From: an uncultured Candidatus Saccharibacteria bacterium
GTDB taxonomy: Bacteria > Patescibacteriota > Dojkabacteria > CAZCSM01
DNA: 64,000 nucleotides
Assembly: GCA_964501355.1 (NCBI GenBank)
Contig: CAZCSM010000004.1
Span: 3,340-67,339, forward strand
Direction of reading: 5' to 3'
Shown piece after piece: positions 39,253 through 49,822 of this stretch. A model generated the notes under the pieces. That model was not told the origin of the DNA. It did no database searches and saw only the letters and a program-made list of their open reading frames with translations. The translations under genes and the position numbers were made by a program. Position 1 is the stretch's first letter, and each line of letters starts with the position of its first letter.

Positions 39253-39648
39253 CTATGGTGTAGGAAGTAAAGAACCGTCCTCTCCCAATCTATCTAATTC
39301 GCTTACTCCGAATCCAACTCCGAATAGATATAGCACAACTCGAAGAATAGTGTATGCCAAGATTACAATTGCAAGACCTATTATTGCAGATATAATTTGC
39401 TTTTGAGCTTCCTCTGTCTTTCCAGGATCTCCCGCTGAAGTAACATATTTAATACCAGCATAAATCAAATAGCCTAATGCAATGAGTCCCGCAAGAATTG
39501 CTGCCCAATTTACAAAGGTATTGATAACCTTATCTAACTGAGTTGCAAATTCACTATCATCCTGAGCAAACACAGGTGCTGCAACAAGAGATAACGAGAA
39601 GGCTGCTAATGTTGCACTCTTTAAAACTTTCTTCATAGGATCTTTCAC
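39253..39648 (-). CDS. VirB2/TrbC-like pilin-fold protein (minimal form)
   Basis: Signal peptide (…AAPVFA|QDD), then VNWAAILAGLIALGYLIYAGIKYVTSAGDPGKTEEAQKQIISAIIGLAIVILAYTIL. Two TM helices flank a GDPGK loop, matching T4SS-pilin architecture. Confidence 0.45.
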   Translation of the reverse strand: MKDPMKKVLKSATLAAFSLSLVAAPVFAQDDSEFATQLDKVINTFVNWAAILAGLIALGYLIYAGIKYVTSAGDPGKTEEAQKQIISAIIGLAIVILAYTILRVVLYLFGVGFGVSELDRLGEDGSLLPTP

Positions 39649-39711
39649 CCCCTTAATTAATAGTTAAATTATACAGTATAATTTTGAAAAAACAAACATT
39701 TTCTAAATTAC

Positions 39712-40293
39712 CTACTCACATGTCAATCGAGAAACTGTCACATTGTAGGTGCAGGCACCAGATTGACATTCCGGTCCAGTTGTACAATCTTCTCCCCGAG
39801 TTTTTTTTGCAACTGTTTCTGTTTCCTGAGCAGAAACAGTAGGGCCGCCGACACACTTATTGCTCACGCCAAACAACCACATGACTAATCCCGCAACTGA
39901 CCACGCAAGGATGACAATTGCAAAACCAATCATTGCATTAATAATAGTTTTTTGCCCCTGCTCCATCTTCCCGGGATCTCCTGATGAAATCATATAGGTA
40001 ACACCACCATATATCAAATACCCCAACAAACCCAATCCTGCAAGAATCCCTGCCCAGTTAACAAATGTTTTAGCAATAGACCAAGGAATACATTTTGATT
40101 TTGTAACATCGTCTACATCAATTTCGCCTGCTAATCCAAAAGAGAACATGGAGACAATTTCATCCCAAAGAGACGAAATTGAGTCAACTCCATCACCTTC
40201 AGCAGCATGGACAGAAACCGGAGCAGAAAATACACAAACAAAAGCTACGGAGATGACTACTGTTGCAATAATTGTTTTAATAAACTTGTTCAT
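39712..40293 (-). CDS. VirB2/TrbC-like pilin-fold protein with C-terminal Cys-rich tail
   Basis: …VNWAGILAGLGLLGYLIYGGVTYMISSGDPGKMEQGQKTIINAMIGFAIVILAW… followed by a CxxxC-rich tail (CVGG…CTTGPECQSGACTYN…CE). Confidence 0.4.
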   Translation of the reverse strand: MNKFIKTIIATVVISVAFVCVFSAPVSVHAAEGDGVDSISSLWDEIVSMFSFGLAGEIDVDDVTKSKCIPWSIAKTFVNWAGILAGLGLLGYLIYGGVTYMISSGDPGKMEQGQKTIINAMIGFAIVILAWSVAGLVMWLFGVSNKCVGGPTVSAQETETVAKKTRGEDCTTGPECQSGACTYNVTVSRLTCE

Positions 40294-40315
40294 TAATTAC
40301 TTAAAAAAATTAAGA

Positions 40316-40798
40316 TTAAGTGCAAATACACTCACCGGCACCATTAATATATCCGCCCGTATTACTCGGATCAGTATTAATACAATCCTCTTCACACATT
40401 TCTTGAGTCATTCCACCGCCGCCACCCGTTCCACCATTTGACCCAACACCCGTAAAAAGATCTGACCAATTTATTCCCAAAACAAACGACAAGAAGAAGA
40501 AAATTCCTAAGCCTACCCCAAACAAAGCAAACCCTATTACCGCATTCACCAAAGTCTTTCTTGCTCCTTCTAATTGATCAGGTTTATCGGCAGCGGTCAT
40601 CCACATATATGCACCGTATAATAAGTAACCAACAAGAGCAACACCGATTACAATTGCAACAACCGGAAGAAAAGCTCCGATTACCCCCCAGATTGAATCA
40701 AATCCTAAAGGATTGTTTAATCCTGCAGAATATATAGGAGTAACAAAAATCGCAGATAAAAACAGAACGGATATTGTTGTTAACAAATATTTCTTCAT
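40316..40798 (-). CDS. VirB2/TrbC-like pilin-fold protein with Gly-rich/Cys C-terminal tail
   Basis: …VALVGYLLYGAYMWMTAADKPDQLEGARKTLVNAVIGFALFGV… followed by GSNGGTGGGGGM…CEEDCIN…CICT. Confidence 0.4.
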   Translation of the reverse strand: MKKYLLTTISVLFLSAIFVTPIYSAGLNNPLGFDSIWGVIGAFLPVVAIVIGVALVGYLLYGAYMWMTAADKPDQLEGARKTLVNAVIGFALFGVGLGIFFFLSFVLGINWSDLFTGVGSNGGTGGGGGMTQEMCEEDCINTDPSNTGGYINGAGECICT

Positions 40799-40816
40799 AG
40801 AATATTTACTGAAATA

Positions 40817-41722
40817 TTAATCTAATTTAAATCCAAAACTTCCAAGCCCCAATACATCGAACCCAAAGAACTTCAATAATAAAACCGCACTGACGATAAC
40901 AACCAATCCAATTAGGGCCGCAGTTATTATGCTCTTTCCCTCTTGTAGTTTATCAGGATTTCCCGTAGCTGTCATTACCATAAACGAGCCCTGGATAATT
41001 TTGAATACGGCTATTATACCACCAATAATTGAACCAAATATAATTGCCCAATTAGCAAGACCGGTAGATTCCGTTGGAATACAACCAAGTGCAGTTAATA
41101 CACCTTCGCCGCCAATGGCCGTTTTGCAACCTACTTCAGGATTCCGCAACAGAACACCTCCGGAAATAGACCAACCTTTTGCTGTGCACTCAGCCTGACA
41201 ATCCGCTTTTGCCACACCGGACAGTTCATGAGAAATCCCTGCATCATCAATGCAAACACAGGTATCCTTAGCAACACCGTAAATGGCAGAATCTTGATCG
41301 CAAAACCCAAATGTAAGAGGCACTCCCACACCGCCTAATGTTCCCGACCTTGTAGCAAAACTCTTACACCCAAGAAAGTTTTGTCCTTTATGATCACCGT
41401 CTTCAACTTCCGATCCCGCAGAATAGCATTTATCTGTACCTGCACGAACCCACACATTTCCTTCTGGACAAAACTCAGCATTTGTAACACCACCATTTTC
41501 TATTCCTTTTGCAGCAGCTCCATTTACACCGCCGAACATACACTTAGGCCCAGGGAATGCAGCAGAGCCATTTTCACAACAATACTTATTCAGCACAGAA
41601 GCAGAATCCTCGAAATACCCAACAGGACATTTCAAGGGCTCCGTTCCTACAGCATAAGTAAACCTTGACGATGTCAACAAGAGTATGAAAGCTATCGCAA
41701 AAGAAGTTAAGATTTTTCTCAT
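40817..41722 (-). CDS. Cys-rich secreted domain fused to a C-terminal VirB2/TrbC-like pilin-fold module
   Basis: Signal peptide and an ~200-aa N-terminal module with ≥18 Cys. The C-terminus, …NWAIIFGSIIGGIIAVFKIIQGSFMVMTATGNPDKLQEGKSIITAALIGLVVIV…, places the domains in reverse order relative to its neighbours. Confidence 0.4.
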   Translation of the reverse strand: MRKILTSFAIAFILLLTSSRFTYAVGTEPLKCPVGYFEDSASVLNKYCCENGSAAFPGPKCMFGGVNGAAAKGIENGGVTNAEFCPEGNVWVRAGTDKCYSAGSEVEDGDHKGQNFLGCKSFATRSGTLGGVGVPLTFGFCDQDSAIYGVAKDTCVCIDDAGISHELSGVAKADCQAECTAKGWSISGGVLLRNPEVGCKTAIGGEGVLTALGCIPTESTGLANWAIIFGSIIGGIIAVFKIIQGSFMVMTATGNPDKLQEGKSIITAALIGLVVIVSAVLLLKFFGFDVLGLGSFGFKLD

Positions 41723-41780
41723 TTCGTTTCTATTAATAGTACAAACAAGAGTATATTAACAATAACGCAAATAGTCAACA

Positions 41781-41809
41781 AAAAGAGGTGCAAGAAGCAC
41801 CTCTTTTTT
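41781..41809. terminator. bidirectional rho-independent terminator downstream of groEL
   Basis: AAAAGAGGTGCAAGAAGCACCTCTTTTTT, a hairpin flanked by an A-run and a T-run. Confidence 0.55.
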
Positions 41810-41835
41810 GTAAATTCACGTTTTAACAAGTGGAA

Positions 41836-43491
<1,656 letters not shown>

Positions 43492-43593
43492 CTAAATTAA
43501 TAATTTAAAGACTTCTCGACTTTCCTTCACAGAGCTCAGGATCGCTCGAAGAATAATCTTTTCTTTTTTTCCTTTTTACTTTTTCCTTTTTAT

Positions 43594-43884
43594 TTATTTT
43601 ATTATCGCCAACACATCCTCTTCCGACATAATCAAATAATCCTCATCTTCCAACTTAACTTCATCTGGAGAATATTTCTTAAATAGAACCATGTCGTCTA
43701 CTTTTACTGAAAACTCTACTTTTGTACCATTGTCTAAAATACGTCCGGTTCCAAGAGCAATAACCTTTCCTTTTTGAGGTTTTTCTTTTGATGCAGTTGA
43801 AGGAATAATTACCCCTGATGCCGTTACAGAATCATCTTCAACGGCCTGCACCACGATGTTTCCTCCTAGTGGCTGTAAATTCAT
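43594..43884 (-). CDS. groS: co-chaperonin GroES (Cpn10)
   Basis: 96 aa with a mobile loop. Sits immediately upstream of groEL. Confidence 0.9.
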   Translation of the reverse strand: MNLQPLGGNIVVQAVEDDSVTASGVIIPSTASKEKPQKGKVIALGTGRILDNGTKVEFSVKVDDMVLFKKYSPDEVKLEDEDYLIMSEEDVLAIIK

Positions 43885-43947
43885 TTTGTAAAATAACTAA
43901 AATATAAAATATAAAACTTTTGGTGAATTTTTAAACTTCAAATTTTA

Positions 43948-43974
43948 TTAGCAGAAGATTGTCCGAATTGCTAA
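43948..43974. promoter_or_regulatory. CIRCE-like inverted repeat upstream of groES
   Basis: TTAGCAgaa-N9-aaTTGCTAA, in the groES 5' region. Confidence 0.45.
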
Positions 43975-44100
43975 CGATTAGTATTATAAGATTGAGAGGG
44001 GAAAATTGTCAAGAGAAATCAGCGAATAAGAAATTGCTTTCGGTTAATTCAGTTTTATAATTCAAGCATAAACTTAATAAAATACCCTTGCGCTGAAAAT

Positions 44101-44290
44101 TCCAATTTCCAAAATCTCAATTTCCAAACAAATTACAATTACCAAAAAAATCATAAACAATTGTAAATTATTTATTGATAAATGAATTTATCAAAATGTT
44201 TGAAGTTTGGGATTTATGATTTGAAATTTATTTGTTATTTGGAATTTTGAATTTGGTGCTTATTTAGGTAATTAGAACTTAGGTCAATTA
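44101..44290. repeat. intergenic element shared with 8481..8650 (copy 2, upstream of groES)
   Basis: The same 26-nt core (44118..44143) and the same downstream blocks in the same order and spacing. Confidence 0.6.
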
Positions 44291-44300
44291 GAAATTATAC

Positions 44301-46430
44301 CTACTCTTCAGTCGTTTCTACAGTTTCAGCTTCACCCTTATCCACCTCCAACTTCACCTCAATCTTCCCCTTAATCGTCGGAACGTGTTTGAATTTCTCA
44401 GGAAGCCAATCAGGCCCAAGGGTTAACTCAAAACTAGTAATTGATTCAAGAGAATTCATAAATGACTCAACATCTTCGACTTTTTTTCCTGCAATTGATT
44501 CTTTGACCGAAGTCTCCGTAATATCACCAGAAATCACTCCCATCGCCTTCATAATTATAATTGCATCATCACCATCCCTACGAATGAAATCACCAGAATA
44601 TTCAGATTGCTCTTCTAGCAACTTCAACCCGGTAGCAACCTGCGAAAGAAGCAATTGATTTCCAAGTGTCTTAATATCATCTGCAGAATAAACGTATGCC
44701 CGAGCTTTAACTTTCATATTCAAATTAACCGCACTTGTCTCTGCGCCTGCTTCAACATCATAATTCTCTTCAACTGTTTCAACGCTAATCATTTCATCTC
44801 GAATTTCGAAACCGCTTCCCACCTGAGCCTTAACCTTGTTTTTAACTTTTTCTTGAAGAGATTGCTCCAAGGACTCCTTTAATAATCTTCTATCATCTGC
44901 AGTAACAACGACAACCTCTTTCTTTGTACCGCCAGAGAAAGCAGCGAAACTCCTGCCCAACATTGCCGTAGAGGTAAACCCTTCAACCACAAATTCAGTA
45001 CCTGATGCCAAATTGTATTCTTCACCAATGTCATATGCTTCGACACTAACTTCCGCTTTTCCTAAACCTGCGAAATAATCGGTTTTAGGAATATTCTCAT
45101 TATTTAAAAGTTTGAACTTGTAACCATCCCCTGTCATAACCGTACCTGCATTAATTTGTATATCCGATTCTGTTTTATTAACCAATGTAACTTTTCCTTT
45201 CGCTTTTTCACCACGAACCTCATTTCCTGTCGCGGCACGAGAATCAGATCCGCTTTCTTCCACTTCTTGCATCACAAGAGGAATTTTTAAATTTTCTAAA
45301 TCAACATCGGTATCTTGCAAACTAGCTCGAATTTCTTGTTCTAAATTAACAGTTTCATATTTTACCTGAGCGGTTAATGTAGCCTCAGGAGCAACGAAAT
45401 ATGCATATACTCCACCTACTCCGGCAAGAATTAATAAAATAATAATAATCGGGATTAATAATTTTGCATTGAATTTCGGCATCCCAAATTTCGGAAGTTT
45501 AATTGCACTTAAAATCCGCTTTGGATTGAGTTTCTCACGAACAGGTTCTTTTAACTCATAACTCGTCATATCCCGTCCAACAGCGTGAAGATTATCGCTT
45601 TTCTCCTCCTCTTCAGAATGAAAATCTGAAACAAATTCTCTCTTTTCAATAATCTTTTCCGGTTTTTTGCTAATAATTCCCCTATCAATTTTAGCAACAT
45701 CTTGCCCAACAACAAAACCAAATTCCTCTAAGCTAGGTTCTGTTGAAACTTCTTGATCAACTATTTCTTTCTTCTCTTTATTACGCAGGAAAGAAGGAGT
45801 TTCGGTATCTTCCTCTATTTCTAAACTCTCCGCTTCAAGTTGTTTCTCAGTATCATAAAAATCATCAGAATCAGTGTCAGGAACAGTTACAGTTACAGGA
45901 GCAGTTTCAACTCCAGAAACAAGCTCATCCTCCTTTGTCGTTTGTCCTTTGTCTTTCTTGTCTGCCGTAGCCTTGGCGAAGGCGGATGACGTTTGACTTT
46001 CAGACTCAACAATTCCATCATCGCCTTCAACTTCAAAATTTTCTTCTTTCTTTTCTCTTTCTTCATCCTTCTTTCCTAGTACCGGATTCATCCCCCTCTT
46101 TCTCAATCTGTTCTCAGATTCTAACCAAATACCCTCACTTATATCTGCGACTCTTTTAAGCACGGGAACTCCTGCACGAGTTGCAAATTTTTGAGCGCCC
46201 TCGTCAAGGGTAACAAGGACCAAGCTTTTCCCACGTTTGAAAACAAGCTTCGATAATAATTTGAGTGAAACTAAGGACGAAATGACAGCAGCCCCTTCCG
46301 GAGCAACTAAAACAATTCGATCCGCCTCTGCATCACGAATTCGCTCAACGACAAAAGTAATTTCGTCATCTAAATCTACAAATATTTTTTCGTCCTGTTT
46401 ATTAAGCATTTCAATGAAACTTCTAAACAA
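44301..46430 (-). CDS. hypothetical bitopic membrane protein
   Basis: 709 aa. N-terminal ~110-aa cytoplasmic domain, an acidic low-complexity linker, a TM (LLIPIIIILLILAGVGGVYAYFV), and a ~370-aa extracytoplasmic domain. Lies downstream of ftsA. Confidence 0.4.
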   Translation of the reverse strand: MFRSFIEMLNKQDEKIFVDLDDEITFVVERIRDAEADRIVLVAPEGAAVISSLVSLKLLSKLVFKRGKSLVLVTLDEGAQKFATRAGVPVLKRVADISEGIWLESENRLRKRGMNPVLGKKDEEREKKEENFEVEGDDGIVESESQTSSAFAKATADKKDKGQTTKEDELVSGVETAPVTVTVPDTDSDDFYDTEKQLEAESLEIEEDTETPSFLRNKEKKEIVDQEVSTEPSLEEFGFVVGQDVAKIDRGIISKKPEKIIEKREFVSDFHSEEEEKSDNLHAVGRDMTSYELKEPVREKLNPKRILSAIKLPKFGMPKFNAKLLIPIIIILLILAGVGGVYAYFVAPEATLTAQVKYETVNLEQEIRASLQDTDVDLENLKIPLVMQEVEESGSDSRAATGNEVRGEKAKGKVTLVNKTESDIQINAGTVMTGDGYKFKLLNNENIPKTDYFAGLGKAEVSVEAYDIGEEYNLASGTEFVVEGFTSTAMLGRSFAAFSGGTKKEVVVVTADDRRLLKESLEQSLQEKVKNKVKAQVGSGFEIRDEMISVETVEENYDVEAGAETSAVNLNMKVKARAYVYSADDIKTLGNQLLLSQVATGLKLLEEQSEYSGDFIRRDGDDAIIIMKAMGVISGDITETSVKESIAGKKVEDVESFMNSLESITSFELTLGPDWLPEKFKHVPTIKGKIEVKLEVDKGEAETVETTEE

Positions 46431-46552
46431 ATTTCACAAATCAGAAATCGGAAACTTCGTTTCCTAGATTCCTCATTACATTCGGAATGACACTCCATTG
46501 GTGTCATGCTGAGTCCACGAAGTGGACGAAGCATCTAGCGAAGCGTTCTCTA

Positions 46553-47779
46553 TTATTTATCCTCTTTTATAACCTCCAAAGCAAACCTCGCAAGAGCCGC
46601 AGGTGTTACATCAGAAGGCTCGTTCAGACTCCCCGTATCATCAATAATGTTTCTTGTTTGATCAACAAGGAAATAATTTACCTTCGGGAATTTATTAAAA
46701 CTCAAAACTTGAGTCCATGGATATTCTAACAAAGCCTCTTTGATTTCCGGCAGCAAGCTTCCTCCTCCACAAAGGAAAATGTACGATGGATAAACTTCAA
46801 TATCTTCAATTTCGCTTAACGCCAACTCTACCCCGCTAATCCAAACTTCAATATCTTTTCGAATTGCCTTTCGAACCTTATCGGCGACATCGTCAGAAAG
46901 ACTTCCTGACGAGTATCGAATTTTCATTTCTTCCGCTTGTTTAAAATCGATATTTAAATCTGCAGAAATTCTTTTTGTAAAAACTCGACCTCCAAATGCG
47001 AACATTTGAGTGTCAACAATACCACCTTTTCGTACAACGGCAATATCCGTTGTACCACCACCAACATCAATAAATATCGCGCCAAAGTTCTGATCATTTG
47101 CATTTTTATATGCCTGAGAAACAACAAATGGTTCTGCAACAATTGTCATTACTTTTAATCCCAATTGTTCAGCAATGTGTCGCAGTGCATTAAAGTGAAT
47201 CGCAGGAGCAAATGAGGCAAATACATTAAACTGCACAGATTTGCCTTGGAATCCGAAAGGATTTGTTACTCGGAAATTATCAATATAGGTATCTGTGATA
47301 TTTGCATTAACAAGCTGAATTTGTGAGCGATCAATTCCAAGTTCTATCGAAAGCTCCTCTGCAGCATGATCAAAAGCCTCAGCCTTAATGTTGTTCATTA
47401 CCTGAGCAATCTCCTTCTTGTCAATCTTTTCGCTTGGAACTTCTCTATCATAGTGAGCAGCAACAGAAACACCTTTCACGAATTCCCCCGCAATTCCCAT
47501 TATAACCTCTTCTAATTTTTCTCTTTTTTCCAATATTTGAGAAACATCTTCTATTGCGAGACGACATGCCTCAACTACACTTTCAATATTTGTAATCGCG
47601 CCACCTTTCATTGCGTCCGGTTGTTGGCGAATTTTACTTGCAGAAGTAATATGAATGAAACTATCATCCGCAGGATCAAGTTTGAAAATGATTGCTTTGA
47701 CAAACTCCGTACCGATATCAAGAGCCAAAAGAGGCTTATCTTTATACGTTGATTTTGTAGGAATAAATGGAAGTCTCAA
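46553..47779 (-). CDS. ftsA: actin-like ATPase, FtsA family (PilM not excluded)
   Basis: Phosphate-1 motif LALDIGTEFVKAII, phosphate-2 motif IFIDVGGGTTDIAV and adenosine motif FLCGGGSLLPEI. 408 aa. Confidence 0.55.
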   Translation of the reverse strand: MRLPFIPTKSTYKDKPLLALDIGTEFVKAIIFKLDPADDSFIHITSASKIRQQPDAMKGGAITNIESVVEACRLAIEDVSQILEKREKLEEVIMGIAGEFVKGVSVAAHYDREVPSEKIDKKEIAQVMNNIKAEAFDHAAEELSIELGIDRSQIQLVNANITDTYIDNFRVTNPFGFQGKSVQFNVFASFAPAIHFNALRHIAEQLGLKVMTIVAEPFVVSQAYKNANDQNFGAIFIDVGGGTTDIAVVRKGGIVDTQMFAFGGRVFTKRISADLNIDFKQAEEMKIRYSSGSLSDDVADKVRKAIRKDIEVWISGVELALSEIEDIEVYPSYIFLCGGGSLLPEIKEALLEYPWTQVLSFNKFPKVNYFLVDQTRNIIDDTGSLNEPSDVTPAALARFALEVIKEDK

Positions 47780-47873
47780 TTCTCTGTGAATTTATAGATT
47801 TATACACCTATATCTAACCAAAAGATAAGGGAGAATACAAGAGAATTCAGTTACAGGGACAGAAACATCAGGC

Positions 47874-47992
47874 TGTCATCTCGACCGAGTCCACCGTAGC
47901 CTTGGCGAAGGCGGATGAGCGGAGAGATCTTTTGAATTTTGTTAACAGAAAGATTTCTCGAATCGCTTCTGTGAAGCTCCCTCGAAATGACA
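47874..47992. repeat. MITE-like element with terminal inverted repeats TGTCATCTCGA…TCGAAATGACA
   Basis: 119 bp. The left module is TGTCATCTCGACCGAG…GAGCGGAGAGATCT and the right module is AGATTTCTCGAATCGCTTCTGTGAAGCTCCCTCGAAATGACA. The right module recurs identically at 48477..48520. Confidence 0.6.
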
Positions 47993-48015
47993 TACTGAAG
48001 AGTAACCCAAAGTTG

Positions 48016-48058
48016 TGTCATTTCGACCGAGTTCCAAAGGAACGAGTGGAGAAATCTT
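48016..48058. repeat. partial copy of the MITE-like element (left module only)
   Basis: TGTCATTTCGACCGAGTTCCAAAGGAACGAGTGGAGAAATCT, abutting the GIY-YIG gene stop. Confidence 0.5.
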
Positions 48059-48060
48059 TA

Positions 48061-48354
48061 TTATAACAATATCTCCTCATACAAATCTTTCCATTCAGGG
48101 TTCTTCGTCATAATCAAAGTCTCTTTCTTACCTCTACCCCATCGTTTCAATTGCTTCTCTCGTTCGATCGCAACGTTTACATCCTCATAAGTTTCGTAAT
48201 AAACCAATTTATTTATATTATACTTTTTCGTAAACCCATCAATGACTTTTTCTCGATGTTGCCATGTCCGCTTACGCAAATCGCCAGTAACGCCGATGTA
48301 CAGGACGTTATGATTAAAGTTCGTTAGAATATAAACGTAATACTGCTTATTCAT
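48061..48354 (-). CDS. GIY-YIG nuclease family protein
   Basis: YYVYILTNFNHNVLYIGVTGDLRKRTWQH matches the GIY-(10-11)-YIG motif with the conserved Arg. 97 aa. Confidence 0.7.
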   Translation of the reverse strand: MNKQYYVYILTNFNHNVLYIGVTGDLRKRTWQHREKVIDGFTKKYNINKLVYYETYEDVNVAIEREKQLKRWGRGKKETLIMTKNPEWKDLYEEILL

Positions 48355-48433
48355 AAATTAATGATATTAGATTTCTACATTCTTTACTACGCAATTCAGT
48401 CGAAATGACAGAAAAACACCAAAACAAAATGTT

Positions 48434-48520
48434 GTCATCTCGACCGAGCTACTTAGTAGCGAGTGGAGAGATCTAAAAAGATTTCTCGAATCGCTTCTGT
48501 GAAGCTCCCTCGAAATGACA
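48434..48520. repeat. MITE-like element, second full copy
   Basis: TGTCATCTCGACCGAGCTACTTAGTAGCGAGTGGAGAGATCT…AGATTTCTCGAATCGCTTCTGTGAAGCTCCCTCGAAATGACA. An isolated right-TIR remnant, TCGAAATGACA, sits at 48400..48410. Confidence 0.6.
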
Positions 48521-48770
48521 CACGCCCCTTGCCCCTCAAGACTATAAGTTGTATAATACATTCAACTTAATAGATACATCTCTAGAAACCAAGCGTTCAA
48601 TAAACGAACCGAAGTAACAGTAGGAGATTTGTGATGAGCAACATCATTAAAAAATAAATGTTGCGAAATCCACCGAAGCCTTGGCGAAGGTGTGACCGAA
48701 AACAAATACAATCGTTTAATAAAACACTTGACTAGAGAAATTCTAGAAAAGTGTTTTTTAATTTAGAAAA

Positions 48771-49082
48771 TTAAGTAATGGCAGGAGAAGGAGAACAAAC
48801 TCGATTCAGCCTAAAGAGACTTGTCGACACAGGAGGTAAATCAGGCAGAGTAACAGTTCCAACAACACCACCAGCTGCAACGCCACCACCAGCGGGAGCA
48901 CAGGTAGAATGGACACCAGGTTCTGGAATAGCATCAACAGATGCACCACAGGTATATGCATCAGTTAAGGTATTCGATACATAACTCTTTTCCATACCAA
49001 TCACCCTCCCAAGGGTGACTGTGAAAAAGCATAAAGCCAAAAAAGTCACCCGAAGTCGGGTGACTTTCATTTCAAATCTCAT
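48771..49082 (-). CDS. hypothetical small secreted protein (very uncertain)
   Basis: A locally GC-rich ORF with a signal-peptide-like start (MKVTRLRVTFLALCFFTVTLG) and a Gly/Ala/Val/Pro-rich body. An opposite-strand ORF (48778..48984) overlaps it. Confidence 0.2.
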   Translation of the reverse strand: MRFEMKVTRLRVTFLALCFFTVTLGRVIGMEKSYVSNTLTDAYTCGASVDAIPEPGVHSTCAPAGGGVAAGGVVGTVTLPDLPPVSTSLFRLNRVCSPSPAIT

Positions 49083-49160
49083 CCCGAAACATCAAACTCT
49101 TGATACATTCTTTGCCACCATGTATAATCGGCATATATTACACATAATCCCATATATTAC

Positions 49161-49744
49161 ATGAAGATTACAGTAGTTGCATCGAAGAAAAGCAAGGAAA
49201 ACGCGGAACGCGCAAAGAAGATTGCCAAGATTCTCAAGAAAGCAGGATATAATGTAGATGATTCAATGCTTAAGAAAACACGAGAAGCAGAAAGAAAGGA
49301 GTTTTCCAAAACCTATAAAACCAACATCGATCTATAATGAATGCGGATGTTGTCATCGCAGAATCAACCCTATACAGTGCAGGGCTAGGATTTCTAATTG
49401 CCACTGCAGTTAATGAAAGAAAACACGTTCTTTGTCTTGAAGACATAGAATCAGATGAGGAGATGAAAGGTTCAGGAACCCTTCAAGCAGCAGAGTCAAA
49501 CATGCTAACTTACAAGAAATATAATACGGTTACATTAAAAAGGGTGTTAACCGATTATTTGGAAGATGTAAAAGGCAGGTTAGATACAAAGTTCATTCTT
49601 ATTATTTCACCTGAAATAGACAAGTTTCTCAAGTGGGCATCATATGAATACAGGTTACACAAATCTCAAATCGTTCGAGATGCTATTGAGGATATTATGA
49701 AAAACGACGAGAACTATCAGAAATATCTACGCAAAGAGGAATAA
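49161..49744 (+). pseudogene. frameshifted paralog of the 51373..51969 NDT-like/RHH gene
   Basis: ORF 49161..49337 (MKITVVASKKSKENAERAKKIAKILKKAGY…) aligns with the N-terminus of the 198-aa paralog. ORF 49337..49744, in the +2 frame, aligns with the rest (…KFILIISPEIDKFLKWASYEYRLHKSQIVRDAIED…). The two are joined at ATAATGA by a 1-nt frame change. Confidence 0.5.
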
Positions 49745-49822
49745 TTAGTCATAAATTTTAAGAGAGGACCATCGAAGGATGGTTCTCTTTTGTTATTTAT
49801 CAAATAGATTCATCACGATAAG

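Noticed and set aside
47874-48700. Possible CRISPR array suggested by repeated ~40-45 nt units near the GIY-YIG gene
   Set aside because: The units are irregularly spaced and inverted relative to each other (terminal inverted repeats). They have no uniform repeat-spacer periodicity, and no cas genes are nearby. They are better explained as MITE-like elements.
48778-48984. 68-aa plus-strand ORF (Pro/Ala/Thr-rich) overlapping the 103-aa minus-strand ORF
   Set aside because: The two overlapping ORFs cannot be told apart from sequence alone. The minus-strand reading has at least a signal-peptide-like start, so only that one is listed, at low confidence.
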